Shown one piece after another: positions 41,307-49,790 of a stretch of DNA of 64,000 nucleotides. The position numbers were made by a program, and so were the translations under genes. The stretch's first letter is position 1. Every line of letters starts with the position of its first letter. Source of the stretch: Candidatus Omnitrophota bacterium (lineage in GTDB: Bacteria; Omnitrophota; Gorgyraeia; Zapsychrales; JBAZNR01); the NCBI GenBank assembly GCA_041649175.1, contig JBAZNR010000003.1, positions 79,449 to 143,448 of the forward strand, in the 5' to 3' direction. The notes under the pieces are model-generated. The model was not told the DNA's origin, ran no database searches, and worked only from the letters and a program-made list of their open reading frames with translations.

Positions 41307-42257
41307 ATGGAAAAAGTCATCAAACTCGGCAATAACCGGGATTTACAGATGTTGTTCGGCAAACACGATGCCAATCTCAAAATGATCGAAAACGAGATTG
41401 GCGTTCGTGTTATACGCCAAGGAGACGGGCTTCGCTTAAGCGGCTCCGATATCCAGATAAAAAAAGCTGTTGATCTTTTTGATTATCTTTTGGATATTAT
41501 CAGCGGCGGAAAAGATCTCAAAAAAAGCGATATTGTTTACGCGCTCAAACTTTCCGGATCAGAACAAGAAATTGATTTCAGAGAACTCGCCAAAGAAAAA
41601 ATAGATGTTCCCGCGCACGGTGCGATGGTCACCCCAAAAACCAAAGGCCAAGTCGCCTATATTGACGCCATTAAACATTTTGATATTGTTTTTGGACTTG
41701 GCCCCGCCGGAACAGGAAAAACTTATCTAGCCATGGCCATGGCTGTCAACGCGTTAAAAAAAGGCCTTGTCCGCCGTATTATATTGACCCGTCCGGCCAT
41801 TGAGGCAGGCGAGAACTTAGGGTTTTTACCCGGCACCATGGTAGAAAAAGTTTTGCCGTATTTGCGCCCTGTTTATGACGCGCTTTACGACATGATCGAA
41901 GTTGAAAAGGTTGAGGAGTTCACGCTTAAAGGAATTATTGAAGTCGCACCTCTTGCGTATATGCGCGGAAGAACGCTTAATGACGCGTTCATCATTTTAG
42001 ATGAAGCGCAAAATTGTACCTCCGAACAATTAAAGATGTTTTTAACGCGTTTAGGTTTTGATTCAAAGACGGTTATTACCGGCGATCTCACTCAAAGTGA
42101 TCTTCCCGATGGAAAACCTGCCGGACTTCTCGGCGCTCAAGAGATCTTAAAGAATATCGAAGGAATAAAATTCATTTATCTGACCGGCGAAGATGTTGTC
42201 CGCCACGAACTTGTTCAACGTATCATTGAAGCCTATGAAACCTCGAGTAAAAAATAG
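41307..42257 (+). CDS. phoH: PhoH-family ATPase
   Basis: VFGLGPAGTGKTYLAMAMAV Walker A, ILDEAQN Walker B. 316 aa. First gene of a phoH-pgpH-ybeY arrangement. Confidence 0.85.
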   Translation: MEKVIKLGNNRDLQMLFGKHDANLKMIENEIGVRVIRQGDGLRLSGSDIQIKKAVDLFDYLLDIISGGKDLKKSDIVYALKLSGSEQEIDFRELAKEKIDVPAHGAMVTPKTKGQVAYIDAIKHFDIVFGLGPAGTGKTYLAMAMAVNALKKGLVRRIILTRPAIEAGENLGFLPGTMVEKVLPYLRPVYDALYDMIEVEKVEEFTLKGIIEVAPLAYMRGRTLNDAFIILDEAQNCTSEQLKMFLTRLGFDSKTVITGDLTQSDLPDGKPAGLLGAQEILKNIEGIKFIYLTGEDVVRHELVQRIIEAYETSSKK

Positions 42258-43689
42258 CGATCAAATTAATCCCTTGTGGCTAGTGGCCGCCATCGGCCTT
42301 TTGTTGAGCGCTTTTTGTTTTCTAGCAAATCTTTCCCTGATCATTCCGCTTATCTTGCTTTTTCTGGGGGTTTACTTAGCTTATTTTAAAAAAGCAAGCC
42401 TCAGGCTTTTTCTAAATCTTGGGCTTCTTTTGGCGCTGCTGATTTTTATCGTCCATTCGTTCAATCAATACACCACATTCTCATACTTTTATATTCCGGT
42501 GGCCGGCATTGCTATGCTGGCTATTCTTTTATACAACGATATCCAGATCGCGTTTATCATGGCGCTTATTTCAAGCTTGGTCACGGGGCTTATGATCGGG
42601 GGAGACTTTCAGCTTTCTTTAGTTTTTCTGGTGGGAAGTTTTATGGCTATCTTTTCCGTGCGGGAAGCCAGGACGCGCGGTCATTTGATCACCGCGGGGC
42701 TTTTTATTGGCGGCGTGCAATTTTTAGGAGCCATTTTGCTCAATCCTTCCATCATAAGCCTTCCGCCGGATATTGCTTTTCCCAGCCGGGTATCATTAAA
42801 TCACTTATTATGGTTATCGGATATTTGGAATTATCTAAAGCCTTTATTTTTTAACGGTTTTATTTGCGCGGGTTTAGCTATTGCCGTATCGATCATCTTT
42901 GAATCTATTTTTGGCGTTTTAACGAATTTCCGTCTTTTAGAATTAGCAGATTTCAATCAGCCGCTATTAAAGAGAATGATCTTAGAAGCCCCGGGAACTT
43001 ATCACCACAGTTTAGTGGTGAGCAACTTATCGGAAGCGGCGGCTAACGCCATCGGAGCGAATGCCTTATTAACGCGCGTTGGCGCTTACTATCACGATAT
43101 CGGAAAATTAGTTAAGCCCGAATATTTCAACGAAAATCAAATTCAAGACGGCGACGGTAATAAGCATGATAACCTTGAGCCGAACATGAGCCGGCTGGTT
43201 ATTTTAAATCATGTCAAAGAAGGCGTTGAATTGGCCAAACAATATAAACTCAATCAACAGATCATTGATTTTATCCCTCAGCATCACGGAACAAGTTTGA
43301 TCTTTTATTTTTATCAAAGGGCCCTTGAGGATCAGGACGGCCAGGGCGAAGTTAAAGAAGAGGCGTTTCGTTATCCCGGCCCTAAGCCGCAAAACAAAGA
43401 AACAGCCATTACGCTTTTAGCCGATTCTGTCGAAGGGGCCAGTCGTTCTTTGGATGAGCCAACACCCAGCCGCATCGATGAATTGGTGCGTAAGGTCATT
43501 AACAATAAATTTATTGACGGGCAATTGGATGAATGCGATCTAACGCTTAAAGACCTTGAACGCATCAGCGCTACGTTTAGCCGCGTGTTAAGCGCCATGC
43601 ATCACTCCCGTGTTAAATATCCGGAAAAAAAGAATGGCAACGGACATCACGATAAAAAATCTTCAGACAGCAATTCCGATACGCCATAA
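42235..43689 (+). CDS. pgpH: 7TM-HD membrane phosphohydrolase (PgpH/YqfF-like, HDIG domain)
   Basis: Seven predicted TM helices then an HD domain (HHSLVVSNL...GAYYHDIGKL). Conserved position after phoH and before ybeY. Start uncertain (ATG 42235 or 42193). Confidence 0.7.
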   Translation: MKPRVKNSDQINPLWLVAAIGLLLSAFCFLANLSLIIPLILLFLGVYLAYFKKASLRLFLNLGLLLALLIFIVHSFNQYTTFSYFYIPVAGIAMLAILLYNDIQIAFIMALISSLVTGLMIGGDFQLSLVFLVGSFMAIFSVREARTRGHLITAGLFIGGVQFLGAILLNPSIISLPPDIAFPSRVSLNHLLWLSDIWNYLKPLFFNGFICAGLAIAVSIIFESIFGVLTNFRLLELADFNQPLLKRMILEAPGTYHHSLVVSNLSEAAANAIGANALLTRVGAYYHDIGKLVKPEYFNENQIQDGDGNKHDNLEPNMSRLVILNHVKEGVELAKQYKLNQQIIDFIPQHHGTSLIFYFYQRALEDQDGQGEVKEEAFRYPGPKPQNKETAITLLADSVEGASRSLDEPTPSRIDELVRKVINNKFIDGQLDECDLTLKDLERISATFSRVLSAMHHSRVKYPEKKNGNGHHDKKSSDSNSDTP

Positions 43690-44068
43690 TCAGATCTTAA
43701 AGGCCGCAAAGGAGTTTTTGCGCGCTAAGCGTGTTGAAGATGCGCAGCTTTCCCTCGTTTTTACTTCCACAAGCACCATCAAGCAACTGAACAAAAAATA
43801 CCTTAACCGAAGTTACGCGACGGATGTTTTAGCGTTTGATCTCGGAGATAAAAAAAGTTCCGCGAAAAATTTTCACGGTGAAATTATTATCTGCGCTCAA
43901 ACCGCGCAGAGAAATTCTAAGATCTTTCGCACTCGCCTGGCGGATGAACTCTTGCTTTACGTGGCGCACGGCATTTTACATATTTTAGGATTTGATGATC
44001 ACGAGCCTAAAGACATTAAGCGTATGCGCCGCGAAGAACAAAAACTTCTTAAACTCATTTCCGCATGA
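43634..44068 (+). CDS. ybeY: rRNA maturation endoribonuclease YbeY
   Basis: HGILHILGFDDHE zinc-binding H3xH5xH motif near the C-terminus. About 144 aa. Confidence 0.8.
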   Translation: MATDITIKNLQTAIPIRHNQILKAAKEFLRAKRVEDAQLSLVFTSTSTIKQLNKKYLNRSYATDVLAFDLGDKKSSAKNFHGEIIICAQTAQRNSKIFRTRLADELLLYVAHGILHILGFDDHEPKDIKRMRREEQKLLKLISA

Positions 44069-44808
44069 TCCGCAAAGCCGAAGCCATCGTTTTAAAAAGT
44101 TTTGATTTCCGCGAAACCAGCCGCATTGTTACTTTTTTCACCAAAGATTACGGAAAAGTGAAGGGGATCTTAAAAGGTATTAGAAAAGATCCAAAAAAAT
44201 TCGGCAGTAGCGTGGATAAATTTACCGTTAACGATATTGTGTTTTATCATCACGCCAATTCCGAAATTCATCTGGTCGGGCAGTGCGATCTTAAAAATTA
44301 TTTCTTTCCTATCCGCGGCGATCTCAGGCGCTCTTTAGCTGCCAGCTACGCGTTGGAACTCATTGACGCCATGATGCCTTTGGAGCAGCCCAACGAAGAT
44401 ATTTATAAGCTTTTGACGGATTATTTAAGCAGTTTACAGGCGGCGGATGATGTGGATCGGATGGTCCATATTTTTCAGGTGAAAGTTTTATTCACATCGG
44501 GGTTTCGTCCGCATTTAGATTCCTGTCTTATCTGCGGAAAGAAGATCTTAAATATGGCGCGCTTTAGCATGCAATTAGGCGGATTGATGTGTAAAGATTG
44601 CCGCCCTAATGATACATCCGCCACCGTTATCTCAAAAGGAACCGTTGCCACCATTCTTCATATTGAACGAAATAGCTGGACTAACGGGCTTCGTTTAGGA
44701 TTATCCGCTCCAATAAAAAAAGAATTAAAGTACGTCTTAAATAACTTTCTCGTTTATCATTTAGAACGCCCGCTTAAATCCACGCGTTATCTGCACGAGA
44801 AATTTTAA
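44065..44808 (+). CDS. recO: DNA repair protein RecO
   Basis: EAIVLKSFDFRETSRIVTFFTKDYGKV OB-fold N-terminus and a C-terminal Cys4 (CLICGKK...CKDC). The ATG overlaps the ybeY stop. Confidence 0.75.
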   Translation: MIRKAEAIVLKSFDFRETSRIVTFFTKDYGKVKGILKGIRKDPKKFGSSVDKFTVNDIVFYHHANSEIHLVGQCDLKNYFFPIRGDLRRSLAASYALELIDAMMPLEQPNEDIYKLLTDYLSSLQAADDVDRMVHIFQVKVLFTSGFRPHLDSCLICGKKILNMARFSMQLGGLMCKDCRPNDTSATVISKGTVATILHIERNSWTNGLRLGLSAPIKKELKYVLNNFLVYHLERPLKSTRYLHEKF

Positions 44809-44838
44809 CCTAATTTTTGTCTGAAAGGCAAAAATTAC

Positions 44839-45059
44839 CCGGAGGGCCGATAAATTTAAATTCCTCCGGAATTTAAATTTGCATATCGGGGTTATCCCGA
44901 ATTTTGTTTTGGGCAAAATTCGGGATAGGGATCAATAAGCTTGCCTGAATAGGTTTCCTAAAAGGGAGAACTGGACTGATGGCGCGAATCTGAAGATAAT
45001 TTCTCTAGTGGCTATATAGAAGAATTATCTTCACTGAGCGAAAGAAGTCCAGTTCTCCC
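44839..45059. repeat. cluster of nested perfect palindromes in the convergent recO/helicase intergenic region
   Basis: (i) AAATTTAAATTCC-TCC-GGAATTTAAATTT (44852-44880), nested in CCGGAGG...CCTCCGG. (ii) TATCCCGAATTTTG-7nt-CAAAATTCGGGATA (44893-44927). (iii) GGGAGAACTGGACT (44964-44977) ... AGTCCAGTTCTCCC (45046-45059), enclosing GAAGATAATT (44992-45001) ... AATTATCTTC (45023-45032). Confidence 0.5.
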
Positions 45060-45084
45060 CATAGACTGATATATCTTAAGAATT

Positions 45085-47286
45085 TTAAGCTTTAGATAAT
45101 TTTTCCGCTTGCGCCTGAATATCTTTGGCGAGAGTTTTTCCGATTTGAGGGATTTGGGCGAGTTCATCGAGGCCGGTAAGCTTAAGGTCAGAAAGCCGTT
45201 TAAAACCTTTGGAGAAAAGATTTCGAGCGCGAACGCGTCCCACACCTTTCAGGCTTACTAATTCCAAAAGTTCTTCGCGAATTCCGTAATGAACCTGACG
45301 GCGCAGGTCTTCTAAGGTAAACGTTAAATTGCGGAATTTAAAAAGGTCCGCGATCACACCGGCCGCGTAAAGGATCCATCCGGTGGATTCCACGTGACGG
45401 TGAATGTCACCGGGCCCGACGCCAAAATCATCGCAAAGCGTTTCTTCCTTTTCTTCATTGATCCAACGGTAGAGAAGTTGTGTTGTTTTAAGAGAAGCTA
45501 AATAAAAATAAAGGTCTTCTAAGGCCGCCACATCGTTTTGCGTTACGATCAGGCTGTCGTGATTGCCATCGGCGAACTGTTCCAACTTTTCATAATCATC
45601 TTTTCCGATATGGAGAAGTTCTGAATCAGGACAGCAGCAGCTTAAGTGCAAAAGCCCTATCGCGGAAAATGATCTTTTCTCTTCCGCTTTCTTTAATCCG
45701 TCGCGCAAAATAATTCCGGTCAAAGGATCAATATAAAGGCGGCTTACACATTGGCCGAACGGTGTGGCAAAATATTTAAATCCGTTTTTCTCCACAAAAT
45801 CTTCCTTGTGAAGAAAATCAAAGATCTGGCTGATCATTTCGATCAAATTTCCGGTGCGTTTTTGATGCGCCAGAAAGGTGTGTGAAATAAATTCGAACAT
45901 TTCATTGATATCATGAACATATCCGGCGGCAATGGACGATAAAATGTGCATACGAAGCGCTGATTCATTATCTAGCTTTGAAATGACGGGCTCAGTTTTG
46001 GCGTTGATGTAACGGTCAAACAAGGCACTTGATTCCGAAAATGTTTTGGCAATAATAACGGCTTCGCCGTATTCGTCATATTTGGGCCGTCCGGCGCGTC
46101 CGGCGCATTGTTTATATTCAAAGGCCGGAATGTAAGCGGCACCAATACCTGCTTCATAACGTTTGCAATCGCGGATAATGGCTCTTCGGGCGGGGAGGTT
46201 AACGCCCGCCGCCAAAGTCGGCGTTGAGCAAATTACTTTGATAAGATTTTTCTTAAAACTATTTTCAATAAGTTTTCTTTGACCTGGTTTTAATCCGGCG
46301 TGATGAAAAGCGGCGCCGCAAACAATAACATCGGCTAATTTCCGGCAAATTTTTGTGGATTCATCGCGCGAACCAAGAATTTCTTTGGCAATGCGGGCGA
46401 GTTCTGCTTTTTCTTCCGGTGTTAACACCATAGCGGAAACTTCACTGACCAAGCGGCTGGCGGCTTGCGCGGAACGCCGGCTATTCACAAAAACCAAAAC
46501 CTGTCCTTTACCGCGCAAAGTATCAAGGGTAAGTTTGCTGACATCATCTTCGGGTTCTTCTTTAACAAGGCGCACGCCGTGTTTGTTAAAAACGATCTGC
46601 TCGTTAAAATAAACACCTTCTTTTAAGGGAACCGGACGCCAATCGCTGGTGACAAGCTCTGCTCCCAGCCAATCGGCCATTTCCTGGGCATTGCTGACCG
46701 TAGCGCTTAAAGCTAATATCTGAACGTTTGCGTTAAGCTGCTTGATGCGGGCGGTTAATATCTCTAAAGTGGGCCCGCGGGAACCGTCATTGATAAAATG
46801 AATTTCGTCTAAGACAACAACCTTTAAATTATGGATAAGCCATTTAGCCCGGAAACGTAAAAGCGAATCAACTTTTTCGGCGGTGGCGATGAGGATCTGA
46901 TAGCGGTTAAGGAAATTTGTGGGGCTGTCAAAATCTCCGGTGGCGATGCCGACTTTAATTCCCAGGGGCTCATATTTTTCTTTAAATTCGTCGAATTTTT
47001 CACTGGCTAAGGCTTTTAAAGGAGCGATGTAAAGGCAACGGGCATCATCTTGCAGAATGGCTTTGATCATACACAGCTCGGCAATGAGTGTTTTTCCGGC
47101 GGCGGTGGGAATAGCCAAGAGCAGATTTTTGCCTTCCAAGACGCCTTTTTCAATGGCGGCTTCTTGAGGAGGATAAAAGTTTTTGATGCCCGAATCAGTG
47201 ATGATTTTGGTCGCGGAAGCGGGGAAATTATGCTTTTGTAAAAGTTCTTCGGCGTTCATAGGAATAATAGGCATTACTTCTAACAT
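45085..47286 (-). CDS. Hel308/Ski2-like superfamily-2 DNA helicase
   Basis: 733 aa. Motif I AIPTAAGKT, motif II VVLDEIH, SAT, a winged-helix/ratchet region and a C-terminal helix-hairpin-helix domain (LVSLKGVGRVRARNLFSKGF...LAQIPQIGKTLAKDI), as in archaeal Hel308. The only long minus-strand gene in the window apart from exeAB. Confidence 0.75.
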   Translation of the reverse strand: MLEVMPIIPMNAEELLQKHNFPASATKIITDSGIKNFYPPQEAAIEKGVLEGKNLLLAIPTAAGKTLIAELCMIKAILQDDARCLYIAPLKALASEKFDEFKEKYEPLGIKVGIATGDFDSPTNFLNRYQILIATAEKVDSLLRFRAKWLIHNLKVVVLDEIHFINDGSRGPTLEILTARIKQLNANVQILALSATVSNAQEMADWLGAELVTSDWRPVPLKEGVYFNEQIVFNKHGVRLVKEEPEDDVSKLTLDTLRGKGQVLVFVNSRRSAQAASRLVSEVSAMVLTPEEKAELARIAKEILGSRDESTKICRKLADVIVCGAAFHHAGLKPGQRKLIENSFKKNLIKVICSTPTLAAGVNLPARRAIIRDCKRYEAGIGAAYIPAFEYKQCAGRAGRPKYDEYGEAVIIAKTFSESSALFDRYINAKTEPVISKLDNESALRMHILSSIAAGYVHDINEMFEFISHTFLAHQKRTGNLIEMISQIFDFLHKEDFVEKNGFKYFATPFGQCVSRLYIDPLTGIILRDGLKKAEEKRSFSAIGLLHLSCCCPDSELLHIGKDDYEKLEQFADGNHDSLIVTQNDVAALEDLYFYLASLKTTQLLYRWINEEKEETLCDDFGVGPGDIHRHVESTGWILYAAGVIADLFKFRNLTFTLEDLRRQVHYGIREELLELVSLKGVGRVRARNLFSKGFKRLSDLKLTGLDELAQIPQIGKTLAKDIQAQAEKLSKA

Positions 47287-47339
47287 AAAAGGGAAGCGAT
47301 GTCAATGAAGCCAGCGTTATCTCTTCGTCGTTTATTTTA

Positions 47340-47368
47340 TTGACCGGAAAATTTAAAGCTATTATAAT
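47340..47368 (+). promoter_or_regulatory. sigma70-like promoter for dtd
   Basis: TTGACC (47340-47345), 17-nt spacer, TATAAT (47363-47368). Confidence 0.45.
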
Positions 47369-47428
47369 CTTAAAGTATTGAATTTAAATATATTTAGAAA
47401 TATTCTTGTCATCCCGCCGGAGAGTTTT

Positions 47429-47872
47429 GTGAAATTAGTTATTCAAAGAGTTAAAAGCGCCGAAGTTGCCGTTGACAAACAAATTGTCGGGAAGATCAAG
47501 GCAGGAATGCTTGTATTTTTAGGCATTGCCAAAGGCGACGGCGACAGGGAAGTTGATTATCTTACCGAAAAGATCCTTCAATTACGTATTTTTGATGACG
47601 CGCAAGGTAAAATGAACCGCTCTATTCAGGAAGCGGGCGGGGAATTTTTAGTCGTTTCGCAGTTCACACTTTTGGGAGATTGTGATAAAGGCCGCCGCCC
47701 GTCTTTCGACGGAGCGGCGGCCCCTCATTTAGCCGAATCGCTCTATAACCAGTTCGTGGAAAAACTCCGTAGCTTTGGCGTGAAAGTGGAAACCGGAAAA
47801 TTCCAGGCGATGATGGACGTTTCTTTGGTGAATGATGGCCCCGTCACCTTCATTTTAGAGAGTAGAAGTTAA
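47429..47872 (+). CDS. dtd: D-aminoacyl-tRNA deacylase
   Basis: VKLVIQRVKSAEVAV...GMLVFLGIAKGD...SQFTLLGD...NDGPVTFILES (SQFTL and NxGPxT motifs). GTG 47429 gives the canonical N-terminus. The track ORF starts at an upstream in-frame TTG, inside the predicted promoter. Confidence 0.8.
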   Translation: MKLVIQRVKSAEVAVDKQIVGKIKAGMLVFLGIAKGDGDREVDYLTEKILQLRIFDDAQGKMNRSIQEAGGEFLVVSQFTLLGDCDKGRRPSFDGAAAPHLAESLYNQFVEKLRSFGVKVETGKFQAMMDVSLVNDGPVTFILESRS

Positions 47873-47906
47873 AAAAGTACGTGTCCCCGGAAATTCAAAA
47901 TTGATA

Positions 47907-48064
47907 TGAGGCGATGTCGAGAGATTATTCATGTGCTGCTGATCCAGCAGCAAAGTACTCAGAGGCTCACTTAAGCCGTATGGATCATTGATGTTTGCAA
48001 TTTCTTGCATCTTTGATTCTTGCATCAAGGGCAGTAAGCAAAAATAGTTCTCGACGTCGCCTTA
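47907..48064 (+). ncRNA. candidate retron msr-msd non-coding RNA
   Basis: The segment GGCGATGTCGAGAG (47910-47923) pairs with TTCTCGACGTCGCC (48048-48061), with two G-U pairs, and the stem is extendable to about 17 bp. This is an a1/a2-like arrangement ending 9 nt before the RT ATG. Internal stem-loops include TGCTGCTG-ATC-CAGCAGCA (47934-47952), GGCT-CACTTA-AGCC and a TTGATG...CATCAA hairpin carrying a TCTTGCATC direct repeat. Confidence 0.5.
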
Positions 48065-48073
48065 GGATTTATA

Positions 48074-49552
48074 ATGAACATTAAATTAAATAAGTCAGCC
48101 AATGTTCTTAAAGAAAAATTCAATGCTTTACAGTCAAATTACGACCTAGCGAATTTGCTGGAAATTCCATATGCACATCTAACATATTATTTATACGGCA
48201 TTAAGGAGGAAAGAAAATATACACAAATTCAAATACCAAAACGAAGGAGCGGCAGTAGAACAATTTCTATTCCTTCTGATGGCTTAAAAATAATACAGGG
48301 GAAGTTGAATCAAATTTTTCAAGCCGTGTATGTTCCGCGATTTTGTGTGTTTAGCTACATCAAAGGCGGAGATATTGTTAAAAACGCTCGAAAACATTCT
48401 GGTCGAAAATATGTTTTTAAGATAGATTTAGAAAATTTCTTTCCTTCAATTAATTTTTGGCGAGTTCGCGGTATGTTCAAGGCCAATCCGTATAGTAAAA
48501 ATGATGAAATCTCTACCGCATTAGCTAAGCTATGCTGTCTCAAGGATGAACTCCCTCAGGGGGCTCCTACCTCACCGATTATTTCAAATATGATTTGCCG
48601 AAAAATGGATTCTGAACTTATAGGTTTGGCTAGAGAAAACCGATGCGACTATACGCGATACGCTGATGACTTAGTTTTCTCCACTTCTCTCAGAAATTTT
48701 CCAGTGGATATAGCTGTGGTGAAGTCAGGCGAAGTTTTTCCGGGAGAAGAGTTGGTAAACGTAATTACTGGGAATTTCTTTAAAATTAACTTGAATAAAG
48801 TTCGGCTTCAGACTGCAAATCGCCGGCAAATTGTTACAGGGTTAGTTACTAACAAAATTGTTAATGTGAAGCGGAATTATTTAAATCAAATTAGGGCAAT
48901 GATTCATGCTTGGGATAAATTTGGATTTAACGAAGCCGAAAAAGTTTTTCAAGATAAATTTGATAAATATCGAGCTGTATTTAAGGCTCTTCCCTCATTT
49001 CGCTGGGTCGTAGGGGGGAAAATTGAATTCGTTGGCTTTGTGAGGGGCAGGGAAAGCAAAGTTTATCGATTGCTGAAATATCAATTTCGCAAGCTAATTG
49101 CCAGAGATTTTCCAGGAGAAAGAGAGAAAATAATGAGTCATGAGTTTTCTGCTTTTATCTGTCATGCTAGCGAGGATAAAAAGGCCATTGCAAAACCACT
49201 CGAGAAGCGACTTATCGGCAAGGGTTTTGATGTCTGGTTTGATGAGAGTCAGCTTCGAGTGGGAGATAGTTTGAGGGCAAAGATTGATGGTGGATTGAGG
49301 AAATCGAAATATGGAATTGTTATTTTATCTAAATCTTTCTTTGAAAAGAAATGGCCACAAGCGGAGCTTGATGCGTTAGTCACCTTGCAAAATACTGATG
49401 GCAGGAAGAGGATACTTCCTATCTGGTATAATATTGAGCAAGCTGATGTTGAAGCGTTTAGCCCTATGTTAGCAGCGCTTGTTGGCTTGCGAACTAAAAT
49501 TCTACATCTTGATGAAATTGTTGAAAAATTAGCGGACGAGCTAAAAAACTAA
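48074..49552 (+). CDS. retron-type reverse transcriptase fused to a C-terminal TIR domain
   Basis: RT motifs: RTISIPSDGLKIIQGKLNQIF, KIDLENFFPSI, LPQGAPTSPIISNM, YTRYADDLVFS, and NRRQIVTGLVTNK containing the VTG triplet characteristic of retron RTs. The C-terminal 135 aa (FICHASEDKKAIAKPLEKRLIGKGFDVWFDESQLRVGDSL...YGIVILSKSFFEKKWPQAELDAL) follow the TIR-domain pattern including the conserved Glu. Coding GC is about 25-35%, well below the flanks. Confidence 0.85.
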   Translation: MNIKLNKSANVLKEKFNALQSNYDLANLLEIPYAHLTYYLYGIKEERKYTQIQIPKRRSGSRTISIPSDGLKIIQGKLNQIFQAVYVPRFCVFSYIKGGDIVKNARKHSGRKYVFKIDLENFFPSINFWRVRGMFKANPYSKNDEISTALAKLCCLKDELPQGAPTSPIISNMICRKMDSELIGLARENRCDYTRYADDLVFSTSLRNFPVDIAVVKSGEVFPGEELVNVITGNFFKINLNKVRLQTANRRQIVTGLVTNKIVNVKRNYLNQIRAMIHAWDKFGFNEAEKVFQDKFDKYRAVFKALPSFRWVVGGKIEFVGFVRGRESKVYRLLKYQFRKLIARDFPGEREKIMSHEFSAFICHASEDKKAIAKPLEKRLIGKGFDVWFDESQLRVGDSLRAKIDGGLRKSKYGIVILSKSFFEKKWPQAELDALVTLQNTDGRKRILPIWYNIEQADVEAFSPMLAALVGLRTKILHLDEIVEKLADELKN

Positions 49553-49589
49553 TAATCTGCTAGTAATTTCTAGGATGCGCGCTTAATTC

Positions 49590-49700
49590 ATGGCTAAGTT
49601 TATCGACACTCACGTTCATCTTGATCAAGTCGAAAGCATTACCGAAGGAAAAACTTGGCTTAGCCGCGTCGAAGGGTTTATTGTGGAGAGTAAGAGTTAG
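49590..49700 (+). pseudogene. truncated duplicate of the tatD 5' end (36 codons)
   Basis: MAKFIDTHVHLDQVESITEGKTWLSRVEGFIVESKS-stop aligns with the intact TatD N-terminus at 50425 (MLKLIDTHAHLDQIENITEELKLAVQAGVEAVV). 14 of the first 19 residues are identical. Shared nucleotide blocks are atcgacactcacg and cattaccgaag. Confidence 0.5.
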
Positions 49701-49717
49701 CAATTAAGCAAAGTGTC

Positions 49718-49734
49718 CGTGAGGTTGCCTCACG
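49718..49734 (+). terminator. short hairpin plus T-rich tract after the tatD fragment
   Basis: CGTGAGG-TTG-CCTCACG followed by ...GTTATTTTAAATT. Confidence 0.3.
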
Positions 49735-49790
49735 TAGAGCGTTATTTTAAATTCAAGGAATGACGAGAAATAATACAGGGGTAGCTTAAA

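Noticed and set aside
42193-43689. Candidate prophage or mobile-element boundaries elsewhere in the window (integrase, transposase, IS inverted repeats)
   Set aside because: No integrase, transposase or IS-like terminal repeats were recognised anywhere. The only compositionally foreign segment is 47873-50424.
44964-45059. Possible 6S RNA, seen as a long hairpin with a central bubble
   Set aside because: Only about 96 nt versus about 180 nt for 6S RNA. It lacks the extended closing stem. No ygfA-like gene is nearby. I kept it only as a generic palindromic element.
47985-48047. TCTTGCATC direct repeat as a CRISPR-like or tandem repeat
   Set aside because: Only two 9-nt copies. They fit better as part of a retron msd stem-loop. 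No other repeat-spacer structure appears anywhere in the window.
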